Made by a program: the position numbers and the translations under genes | From: a virus | Virus record (IMG/VR): IMGVR_UViG_3300030202_003282 | Span: 1 to 64,000 of that record | Direction: 5' to 3' (one strand) | DNA length: 64,000 bases | The notes under the pieces: generated by a model | The model's database searches: none | What the model was told of the DNA's origin: nothing | The model's input: only the letters and a program-made list of their open reading frames with translations | Shown: positions 9,601 to 17,800 of the stretch, in pieces | How positions within the stretch are numbered: position 1 is the stretch's first letter | How the letters are laid out: each line of letters opens with the position of its first letter

Positions 9601-10131
9601 AATGTATGGGCTTATTTAGATCAAACCTCATTTAATGTAACTCAATTAAAAGATGATTTAAATAGTCAAATTATACCGCTAGAAGGATGTGGAGATCCTG
9701 TAGGACCAAGTTATTATACTGCAACTCCTTGTGGTGAACCAGCTCCAGTTCAAAATATTCAAACTGCTGGAGAACATGCCGTAGGAGAAGCGTTAAAAAT
9801 AGATGGTGTATGTCATTCAATAACTGGTCCAGCTGAAGAAAATGAAAATATTCAAGAAGTACCATATGAAAATTGTGATACGTGTTTAGCTGATGAAACT
9901 TATTATTATGAAATAGAACAATGTGAAGGTGATCTTACTACTTCTATTCAATCAGCAACTGCATTAGTTGTAGGAGAAGCTGTTGAATTTGAAGATTCTT
10001 GTTGGGAAGTAATAGGTGGTGCAGAAGAAAATGAAAATGTAGCAGTTAATACTTTTGAAAATTGTGACTTATGTATAAAAGCTCTTGAAGAAGCTGCTGA
10101 AGAAGAAGATGAAGCAGAAGATGAAAGTTAA
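6679..10131 (+). CDS. Cys-rich fibre/adhesin-like virion protein (1150 aa) with FN3 and Ig/cadherin-like domains
   Basis: N-terminal PCSPISSNCVVWQGPDLPCIDLC module; FN3 signature (TSAVATWN...IPNLTPATNYVAVL); Big_9-like PTHGTLT...FIYTPN..YNGVDTFT; tandem C-terminal Cys repeat; acidic tail. Confidence 0.7.
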   Translation: MLPVSGNNKPCSPISSNCVVWQGPDLPCIDLCNGDTISDVIAKLAEKLCDLIDSSCLCEPDMSDIKLECLVNVNPNAETVQEIIQAIIDYLCTLGPGDDSKITVQLPACLQYTDEAGNPVTVLPIDQYAFLLANRICDILTSIAIINEQLADHENRIVILENCVLPCDGSGGSSSQIMSVCINAGNLIDADVLLAGLESAFCSIVAALGDVNLIENAYNAQCIFANTDLLSGQGTYGGLTGWQANSTLAQTTQNQWLVICDLYNAIENIQNNCCDSNCDSIIYGFVPSSTGGGGGANSILVNFTSTTIPAGWTDCGSTVTITDSNGQSISQGFNALVEQNNNAGLSITISSLNVATAVQVTVDFCLTDGTDTCQNSSSQTVALGYACPPVTIVPAGAGTSAVATWNNQIGATASYNLTVETTTGTQIWTSGQLTSQPPNVSITIPNLTPATNYVAVLTLTVNGVGQTCPGVTFTTAGNACTVVQTDTVATGAFGVGYVYLGRVCFGDAFDTYYYDSGSNQIIKESIAGPCPGGFPNDIQLPINGASAAVIYSPGTLMAGAQDKFIYPDLDCEGTIYTFPAVGVQGCWIYIGQQVIGTTTYYAYTYWDIAGGNAHNGPGAIVYCCECPLSLLGPQTLRSVNGAATNFTLPFISGAVNPTFTITVPPTHGTLTQPNGVNVPDFIYTPNTPNYNGVDTFTIELTDSSGFCVGNDILQYGIYLLGGTSAGNKRLDTSVYSFIDTNTKSLAEATSIKAGLETWYAEYQASCPNNTGNLYIIPVTDSNWVSAYTKAVWDVNASGILAAGPEWNEIKVLPDSWTGAGPATPPDSAWIIAFSDTQAAIPFHPNTLIEGWGFLNTLQPTPEYKTAYVEAYDLKNNTENSAWATAQNLSGTPAFPDGYNLTYYPTTVGTTGSDAAALLMALGALEARMIPPTQWGWNTAVDLTPWLMQGIGILNPYEGAETGVVGLQIDRLLDLNVWAYLDQTSFNVTQLKDDLNSQIIPLEGCGDPVGPSYYTATPCGEPAPVQNIQTAGEHAVGEALKIDGVCHSITGPAEENENIQEVPYENCDTCLADETYYYEIEQCEGDLTTSIQSATALVVGEAVEFEDSCWEVIGGAEENENVAVNTFENCDLCIKALEEAAEEEDEAEDES
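9709..10080 (+). repeat. Two tandem ~60-aa Cys-containing repeats at the C-terminus of the 1150-aa protein
   Basis: YY...C...IQ.A...VGEA....C..I.G.AEENEN......ENCD.C occurs twice. Confidence 0.8.
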
Positions 10132-10157
10132 ACATGAATAAATTAAAAAAATAAATT

Positions 10158-10727
10158 ATGGCTTGTGGAAATTGTAATACATGTAATAGTTCTGATCCTT
10201 GCGGATGTCAAGATCATGGCTTAACAACACCTTGTTCATATACTGATTGCATTGATCCTACTACAGAAAGATGTGATGAAGTAACATGTGCAGAATGTGT
10301 ATCATGGTGTGGTCCAACAACTGAAGTAATAAATTCAGAGGGAGAAAATTTTGTAATACAATCAGGTGAAAGACTTGATTCAATATTACAAAGAATGATT
10401 CATGTATTAGCTCAAGGTTTAAATCCATGTACATCAAGTAATTCTTCTTTACATGCAGTTCAAAATGTTTATGTTGGTGCAATTACTACTAACTCTATAA
10501 CTATTGTATGGGGTGGAGAATCAAGTGGTACAACAGGACTTGAAATATTACATGATACAGCAATAACACCTACGGGTTGGATAACTAGTTCTACACCAAC
10601 TGCTCCAGGAGTATTTAATTATACAGTAACAGGATTAGTTCCTGCTACTGAATATAAATTTAGAGTAGATGCTCTAGATGGTGTAGGAAGTTGTGAAAGC
10701 GTTATAGTTTATGCAAAAACATTATAA
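10158..10727 (+). CDS. Cys-rich N-terminal plus fibronectin type III domain protein (189 aa)
   Basis: MACGNCNTC...CGC...CAECVSWC; FN3 pattern ITTNSITIVW...YTVTGLVPATEYKFRVDA. Confidence 0.75.
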   Translation: MACGNCNTCNSSDPCGCQDHGLTTPCSYTDCIDPTTERCDEVTCAECVSWCGPTTEVINSEGENFVIQSGERLDSILQRMIHVLAQGLNPCTSSNSSLHAVQNVYVGAITTNSITIVWGGESSGTTGLEILHDTAITPTGWITSSTPTAPGVFNYTVTGLVPATEYKFRVDALDGVGSCESVIVYAKTL

Positions 10728-10729
10728 AA

Positions 10730-10805
10730 ACAACAAGTGATGGTTTGTTGGTTTTCTATCACAAACGTTGGGGGAGCTTTAATTATTTAGAGCTCCCTTT
10801 TTTTT
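10730..10805 (+). ncRNA. Candidate small structured RNA (hairpin with exposed 12-nt loop plus terminator hairpin)
   Basis: Stem GTGATGG(10737-10743)/CTATCAC(10756-10762) with loop TTTGTTGGTTTT, then a terminator. The loop is complementary to leader elements at 1263 and 5228. Confidence 0.4.
10772..10805 (+). terminator. Intrinsic terminator
   Basis: GGGAGCT...AGCTCCC stem followed by a T8 tract. Confidence 0.85.
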
Positions 10806-10833
10806 GAAAAGATATTAACAGGCAATCAACATC

Positions 10834-10846
10834 TTTTTTGTATATT
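10834..10846 (+). promoter_or_regulatory. TTTTGTATATT promoter-like motif
   Basis: TTTTTTGTATATT after the terminator and upstream of ATG 10875. Confidence 0.55.
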
Positions 10847-10874
10847 GCCATACTTTAAATAATACTTAAACCCA

Positions 10875-12080
10875 ATGGATGGATTAAAAAAATTAGTTTT
10901 AGATTCACTAAAACAAAAAAAATCTCCTGAAATTTCTGCTAAAAGATGTGGCATTAGTGTTGAAGAATGGTTGGAAGTTAGAAGGCAAATACGTGAAGAA
11001 GATTCTAGAAAAAGAGAAATAGAAAAATTTGAAGATGATGGAAATTACAGTCAAGCAATAAATCTTGAATCTGGTGAAGCCAGGTTTAATGCTAAAACAG
11101 ATATAGAACCTAAAAGTGCAAATGAAATAATAAAACTTTTAAAAATTGATACTAATGTTTGGAAACTTTCCAGTTATTGGAATAAACAAATGGGGGATCA
11201 TTGGAGAGTTTCTGCATTAGTTTCAAGAAAAAAATTTGATACAGAAACTGTTTTAGAAGATTTATTAAAAACTTGGAAGCCTGAAACTTATAGAATTCCT
11301 AAAGTCAAAATTAATCAAGGTAAAAGACAAAAAGTTTGTGGTGTATTATCTTTACAAGATATACATTTTGGAAAAGAAGGTAATTATACTATAGATAAAG
11401 ATTTTGAAGATACCATAATTAATCTTATTACAAGAGCATCTGCTTCTCATTATATAGAGAATTTATTTTATGTAGTAGGGGGAGATCTTATTAATATGGA
11501 TACATGGAATGGTACAACAACAAGTGGCACTTTTGTGGATAATAGTTGTACCGCCACTCAAGCCTATGTAACAGCATTTAATGCAATTCATTGGTCTATA
11601 AATTATTTAGCTCAGTATTGTGAAAAATTAACAATTGTATATATACCTGGTAATCATGATAGATTATCATCATTTCATCTTGCCCATGCATTATCTAAAA
11701 CTATAAAGAGTAAAAAGATAATATGGGATGTAGAATATGAAGAAAGAAAGGTTCATATGTATGGAGTTAACTTTAATGCATTTGAACATGGAGATGTTAA
11801 TAAAAAAAATACTCCATTAGTTTATGCAACTGAATTTTCAATAGAGTGGGGGAAATGTAAAAATAGAACATTATTTACAGGACATTTTCACAGCAATAAA
11901 AGAGTTGAATATATTACAGCAAATGAAGATACTGGATTTATTCACAAAACATTACCAAGCCTTTCAAGATCAGATTACTGGCATAAACATAATAAATTTG
12001 TTGGCAATAAAAGATCTGGAAAATTAGAACTGCAGGATCCAATAAAAGGAAATATATGTGAATTAACATTTTCACCATGA
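10875..12080 (+). CDS. Calcineurin-like metallophosphoesterase with possible N-terminal HTH (401 aa)
   Basis: Full motif set in order: DIHFG, GGDLI, PGNHD, EHGD, TGHFH. Confidence 0.85.
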   Translation: MDGLKKLVLDSLKQKKSPEISAKRCGISVEEWLEVRRQIREEDSRKREIEKFEDDGNYSQAINLESGEARFNAKTDIEPKSANEIIKLLKIDTNVWKLSSYWNKQMGDHWRVSALVSRKKFDTETVLEDLLKTWKPETYRIPKVKINQGKRQKVCGVLSLQDIHFGKEGNYTIDKDFEDTIINLITRASASHYIENLFYVVGGDLINMDTWNGTTTSGTFVDNSCTATQAYVTAFNAIHWSINYLAQYCEKLTIVYIPGNHDRLSSFHLAHALSKTIKSKKIIWDVEYEERKVHMYGVNFNAFEHGDVNKKNTPLVYATEFSIEWGKCKNRTLFTGHFHSNKRVEYITANEDTGFIHKTLPSLSRSDYWHKHNKFVGNKRSGKLELQDPIKGNICELTFSP

Positions 12081-12089
12081 TAAAACAGT

Positions 12090-12122
12090 AGCACTTTAAC
12101 TTTTATAAGTGCTCTTTTTTTT
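12090..12122 (+). terminator. Probable intrinsic terminator overlapping a promoter-like motif
   Basis: AGCACTT...AAGTGCT stem, then C and T8. The T tract continues as TTTTGTAAATTAT (12119-12131). Confidence 0.6.
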
Positions 12123-12141
12123 GTAAATTATAAATGTAGCT

Positions 12142-12702
12142 ATGATAAATAATTTTAAAAAACCTAATTTAAATGCCCCTAGATACAGAGAAAAAAGAAA
12201 CGGGCTCTTAAATAAAGAAATAATTGAAGAATTTAAAAGCAAAAAACCAGCTTATGCTAATATAGATAATGAAAAATTAAAAAAAATAATTGTCATGTAT
12301 AATAAAAATCTTTGGAATGGTGTAATAGAACACAGAGACGGTGTGGAATTACCTGATTTTTTAGGTTATTTATTTATTGGTACATGCCCTCCTGCTAAAA
12401 GCATTAATACAAATTATTCATTGTCAAAACAATATGGTAAAGTTTTACAAAATAAAAATTGGGAAACAGACGGCAATATAGGTAAAATATTTTATACTAA
12501 TTATAGCACAAGATATAGATTTAAAAATAGAGAGTTATGGAAGTTTACAGCAGTTAGAGATTTTAAAAGAGCCGTAGCTTCTAAATATCCAAAGAGTTGG
12601 ACAAAGTATATTGTGATGAAGAATAAATATAGAATAGCCGATCTATATAAAAATAATAAATCCAATAAGGATAAAGTAATTGATTATGACAACAATAAGT
12701 GA
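12142..12702 (+). CDS. IHF/HU-like DNA-binding protein of the crAss-like tail block (186 aa)
   Basis: Basic protein. Helix plus GVELPDFLGYLFIG resembles the HU/IHF V.L..FG.F motif. Location before ring and muzzle genes matches Crassvirales. Confidence 0.55.
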   Translation: MINNFKKPNLNAPRYREKRNGLLNKEIIEEFKSKKPAYANIDNEKLKKIIVMYNKNLWNGVIEHRDGVELPDFLGYLFIGTCPPAKSINTNYSLSKQYGKVLQNKNWETDGNIGKIFYTNYSTRYRFKNRELWKFTAVRDFKRAVASKYPKSWTKYIVMKNKYRIADLYKNNKSNKDKVIDYDNNK

Positions 12703-13357
12703 AGTAATATCAAGAATTAGAGGTCAGTTAAAAGCTGAGTACCAGGATTCTTTTGTAACAGATAGGTATATATACAGTCTGATAACTAAGTATGCCCAAT
12801 TCTTAATGAGAAGACAAGACAGCACTAATAAACTAATGAAGTTTAATTCAGTTTGGAAAACACTACCTTTTGTTGAATTAATAGAAGTAGATAAAATTGA
12901 AGCTGAATGTACAGGAATACAATCTGGATGTACTATAAAACGCACTAAAGATAAATTACCTGACATGATAGAAGGTTATTGGGGCCCATTAATTAGAACA
13001 GTAAGTTCTATTGATGGTTCTATTGAATTACAACCAACGCAACCAGGAACGTACACCTCTATGACTAAAACCACATCTTTTAAATATAACACTAAACAAT
13101 ATTTTTGGTTTTTAAACAACTACCTGTATTTTCCAGATTTACTTTGGGACGCTGTTAAATTAGAAGGAATTTTTGATGATGATATATCAGGATGGTTATG
13201 TGGAGAAAAAGAAAAGTGTGTTCCTAGATATGAACAAGCAATTAATATACCTGAAGCTTTATTTGCTGAAATTGAACAACAAGTATTACAAGTAATGATG
13301 AACACTCTTCAAATACCTGCTGAAGATTCAGATAACAAACAAAATGTTAATAGATAA
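12686..13357 (+). CDS. Putative ring/tail tubular structural protein (likely start ATG 12686, not TTG 12680)
   Basis: MTTISEVISRIR...DRYIYSLI, YFWFLNNYLYF, VKLEGIF motifs resembling crAss-like ring proteins. Confidence 0.6.
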   Translation: MTTISEVISRIRGQLKAEYQDSFVTDRYIYSLITKYAQFLMRRQDSTNKLMKFNSVWKTLPFVELIEVDKIEAECTGIQSGCTIKRTKDKLPDMIEGYWGPLIRTVSSIDGSIELQPTQPGTYTSMTKTTSFKYNTKQYFWFLNNYLYFPDLLWDAVKLEGIFDDDISGWLCGEKEKCVPRYEQAINIPEALFAEIEQQVLQVMMNTLQIPAEDSDNKQNVNR

Positions 13358-13360
13358 ATT

Positions 13361-13498
13361 ATGGCGGGTAAAAAAAATACATGTTGGAAAGGCTATGTAG
13401 CTAAAGGCAAAAAAAAATCACCTAGTGGTAAAAAAACTAAAAGTGGTAAAATAAAAATGGTTAATAATTGTGTACCTAAAAGAAAAAAGAAAAAATAA
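13361..13498 (+). CDS. Tiny Lys-rich protein with CWKGY...NCVP motif (45 aa; absent from the ORF track)
   Basis: MAGKKNTCWKGYVAKGKKKSPSGKKTKSGKIKMVNNCVPKRKKKK*; fills the gap exactly; motif familiar from marine phage microproteins. Confidence 0.7.
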   Translation: MAGKKNTCWKGYVAKGKKKSPSGKKTKSGKIKMVNNCVPKRKKKK

Positions 13499-13500
13499 TT

Positions 13501-13656
13501 ATGGCAACTAAAAAAGTAAAAGCTCCTGCAGGTTTTCATTGGATGAAAAAAGGAACGGGTTCTCCTAAATTAATGAAACATACAGGTAAATTTGTACCAC
13601 ATAAAGGTGCAAGTTTATATGCAAATTTTAATGTTCAAAAAGTTCATAAGAAATAA
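13501..13656 (+). CDS. Tiny Lys/His-rich protein (51 aa; absent from the ORF track)
   Basis: MATKKVKAPAGFHWMKKGTGSPKLMKHTGKFVPHKGASLYANFNVQKVHKK*; TAATG overlap with the next gene. Confidence 0.7.
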   Translation: MATKKVKAPAGFHWMKKGTGSPKLMKHTGKFVPHKGASLYANFNVQKVHKK

Positions 13657-13922
13657 TGGCTAAAAAGAAAGATAGTAGATTAACTAAAGCAGGAGTATCA
13701 GGTTATAATAAACCTAAGCGTACTCCTAGTCATAAAACTAAATCACATGTTGTTGTGGCTAAAGTTGGTGATAAAGTTAAAACTATACGTTTTGGTCAAC
13801 AAGGTGTAACTGGTGATAGAAAGAAAACAAAGAGGTCAGATGCATTTAAAGCTAGACATGGTAAAAACATAGCTAAAGGAAAAATGTCAGCTGCATATTG
13901 GGCTAATAAAGTTAAATGGTAA
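13656..13922 (+). CDS. Small basic marine-phage protein (88 aa; DUF6321-like)
   Basis: KTIRFGQQG...AFKARH...SAAYWANKVKW motif. Confidence 0.7.
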   Translation: MAKKKDSRLTKAGVSGYNKPKRTPSHKTKSHVVVAKVGDKVKTIRFGQQGVTGDRKKTKRSDAFKARHGKNIAKGKMSAAYWANKVKW

Positions 13923-13933
13923 ATTAAAATAAA

Positions 13934-14830
13934 ATGAGTGTATCACATAAATATAGAACTTTTGATCAATTACTAGAAGACGTATCTATTGATTTTAATA
14001 CATATGCTTTAGAAGGAATGATTGATCCGCAACAATTAATTAAAGTTGCTACCAGAATAAATTATGATTTAGGATTAAAAATTCATAGAACTAAACAAAC
14101 TGTTTTAAATGTTGAACATAATAAAGTTAAATTACCTGCAGATTTTGCATATATGAATTATGCATTTATTTGTGGTGATTATACTATTTCACAAAAAATG
14201 CCATCTGGCACACATGTAGATACAACTAATCCTGTACCTTATGTTCCAGATCCAGGTTATACTGGACCATGTGAAGATCCAACATGCAATGATGTATGTG
14301 TTGTTCAACCTTGTGATGATCCAAATACAGCTTATCAAGTAATTCATAAAATAGGTTCATCTGAATATAGAACTTATACTATGTTTAGAAAATTAAGAAT
14401 TCAAGATGTTAATTCTGTTCAATGTGAATGTCCTAATATTACAGAACAAGCTGCAGATATTGCTGAAATAAGAGATGGTTGGTTAATAACTAATTTTAAA
14501 TCAGGTAAAATATACATTAGCTATCAAGGAGCAATGGAAGATGCAAATGGTAATTTACTTGTATTAGATCATCCATATTGTAATGAGTATTATGAATATG
14601 GATTAAAGCAAAGAATTTTAGAAAATATGATTTTTGCAGGAGAGCCTGTACAAAATCAATTAGCAATGATAGAAAATAGATATAGAGCATCAAGAAATAA
14701 TGCTTTAAGTTTTGTTAATACTCCAGATTTTAAAGAATTACAACGTGTATGGTGGATGAATAGAAATGCAATGTATCATAAATATTATGACATGTTTTCT
14801 AGCTCTCCTGTTTTAAGACCAACAAGATAA
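13934..14830 (+). CDS. Putative tail tubular/ring protein (298 aa, P22 gp4-like position)
   Basis: KVKLPADF and ITNFKSGKIYISYQG motifs; immediately precedes the muzzle gene. Confidence 0.6.
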   Translation: MSVSHKYRTFDQLLEDVSIDFNTYALEGMIDPQQLIKVATRINYDLGLKIHRTKQTVLNVEHNKVKLPADFAYMNYAFICGDYTISQKMPSGTHVDTTNPVPYVPDPGYTGPCEDPTCNDVCVVQPCDDPNTAYQVIHKIGSSEYRTYTMFRKLRIQDVNSVQCECPNITEQAADIAEIRDGWLITNFKSGKIYISYQGAMEDANGNLLVLDHPYCNEYYEYGLKQRILENMIFAGEPVQNQLAMIENRYRASRNNALSFVNTPDFKELQRVWWMNRNAMYHKYYDMFSSSPVLRPTR

Positions 14831-14840
14831 TATATTACTT

Positions 14841-17800
14841 ATGGCAAAGCGTAGGAAACAAAAAGAACAGCCACCGTTTGAATCTAATAAACCCAAACTT
14901 GGAAATACATCCTCAATAGAAAGCAATAGCTTTGTAAAAGGGATGGTAAAAGATCCTTTTCCTAGTTTTGAAGATAAACAAAATTGGACTCATGCAAGAA
15001 ATGCTGCAAATAACTCTATTGATGGTGACTTAGGTGTAATAGGAAATGAACCCTCTAACTTGCATTGTGTAAATGTTACTTATACAGTAATAGGAGCTAT
15101 ACATTTATATCAAGATAAATGGGCAATATTTTCTACAGATGATGATAATTCTGAAATAGGTTTATTTGATGATAGTGAATGTACATATGAAGTTCTTGTT
15201 AATGATGAATGTTTAAATTTTAATAGACTGCATTTAATTAAAGGAGCAGCCAAAGAAAATTATGATTGCACATGGCAATTATATTGGGATGATGGAAACA
15301 ATCCATCACGTTCTATGAATATTAATGATATTCCTTGGAAGCAAATTGTAACTTCACCTATTGGTGCTGATTGTGTTATATATGAAGATACAACAGATTT
15401 AAATTGTGAAAAAATTAGATTAGCTCCATTGGTAGATACACCTTGTATAAAAATATCAAAAGGAGAAGATGGAGGTCAATTAAGAAACGGTTCATATCAA
15501 GTCTTTATTGCATATACAGAAAATGAACAAAAAACAACCGATTATATAGGTGTATCTAATATTCAAAGTTTATGGGATCATATGGATACTGCTTGTTCAT
15601 TAAATATTGAAATAAGCAACTTAGATAAAGATTTTGAATATTATGAAGTAGTTTTATTATCTATATATGCTCAGCAAACTCAAGCTAAGAAAATTGGTTT
15701 ATATAGTACTGAAACAACTAAAATAAATATTGATTATGTTGATCAAGCATTAGCTAATGTTTCATTAAAATTATTACCATTACAAAACCCAGCATATGAA
15801 AGATCAGATGATATGTTTGTGGTTAATGATTATTTAATAAGAAAAGGTCCTAGAGAACAGTTTGATTTTAACTACCAACCTTTAGCAAATCAAATTACTG
15901 CACATTGGGTATCTGCTGCATATGACGCAGATTATTATTATAAAGGTGGTAGCAAACCTACTTTTTTAAGAGATGAACAATATGCATTTTTTATTAGATT
16001 TATTTATAATACTGGAGAAAGATCAGCATCATACCATATACCAGGAAGACCTCCTAGAAATGCAACTACTTTTCCGCAAGGTGTAGATCAATATAATAAT
16101 GTAATAGATGAAATTGGAATAGGCACAGGTCCAAATCAATTATCATCTACAGAAAGAAATTTTGAAATATTTAATACAGCAGTAGAAACATCAAGTGGTT
16201 TATTAGGTCCAACAGATGATGGTGGTATGATAATTGCCAAAGGAGATATGGCATATTGGGAATCTACTGAAAAATATCCTTCAACAAGACCTGATATATG
16301 GGATGATTTATGTGGAAAGCACATTAGACATCATAAATTTCCTACTGAAGAAACAAGTAACCTTGTACATTTATCTAGTCCTGGTAATACAAAAATAAGA
16401 TTATTAGGTGTAGAATTTAAAAATGTAGCAAGACCTTTATTTAATGATGGTACAGTTATACCAAACATTGTTGGTTTTGAATTTTTAAGAGGCACAAGAG
16501 AAGGAAATAAATCTATATTAGGAAAAGGTATTTTCAGAAATATGAGAAAATATGTAATTCCTGAAGGAGCTAACAATGCTAATACAGGAATGGAAGGATT
16601 ATATCCTAATTATCCATATAATGATTTAAGATCTGATCCATACTTTATACAACCAAACGCTAACTTTGATAATCAATCTAAAGGTAAAGATCATTATGGT
16701 AATACATTCAGTTCATTTCCTGCATTAGATGGATATAAACAAAATGTATTTACTTTTCATTCACCTGAATTAAGTTTTAGAAATCCTTTTTTAAATGCTT
16801 ATGAAACAAGAATGTATGGTTCAGTGGGTGGTAAATCTACAGGTCATTGGGTAAAATCTGAGAAACATCCACAACATAAGCTATTAAGGAATTCAGGTAT
16901 TCTTGTTTCAGCTATATTTGGTATAGGTTATGGTCTTGAAAAAATGAGAGGCCGTAAGAAAAAAGTTTATGATCCAGTAAAAGCTCTTGATATAGGTTTG
17001 AATGGAACTTTTGCTGCTGGTACTGGATATGTTATTGCCCCTCTTACGCCAGGTGGTAGTCAGGTAGCTTCAGGTCTAACAGGAATAGCACAATCAGCAG
17101 CAGATATAGCATTAAGCGCATTTGTAGATGGTCTTATAGATACAATAGCATTTCCATTAGATATAGTTAGTGGTGGTGCTGCTACTTATTTTACAATGGA
17201 AGCTGCGCAAGGAGCATCTGATGTAATTTTAGGTGCTATGCCAGGAACAACGGGAGGTGGTAGTCATTTTGAAATAGGAGGTTCTGAATTAAAAGAAGTG
17301 CCGCCATTGTTTTATGCTATAAGTTCAGTAATGCAATTTTTGCAACAATCATCTATTGGAGCACAAAAAATAATTGATTTTATATATGAATTAATTAGTG
17401 TACAAGATTATGCTTTAAAATATAATTCACATGGATTTTATAGACAGTATTTTGAAGGACAATCAGGAAGTTTGTTTAGAACAAAAAATACTGCCTCTAA
17501 TTATATAAATAACACATTTACATCATTTGCAGAAGGAAAATATAAAATTAATAATTTACAAAGACCTAAAACTGTAGCAATTGAAACATTAAAAAATATT
17601 CCAGATCCAATTCAAAATGATTATTCAAGAATTGTATTGGGTCAATATGGTTGGGATAATGGATTATTAAAACCCGGTAAAGATAGACTAACTAATATAT
17701 CTGCACACTATGGAGCAATAAAATTTAATCAAGATAATCAATATGGTCAATTAGAAGGTGTTAGGCAAATTCAAATGAGAGGATGTGTTGAATTATTTCC

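Noticed and set aside
12680-12685. TTG start of the 225-aa ORF as given in the track
   Set aside because: An in-frame ATG two codons later (12686) gives MTTISEVISR, a more typical start
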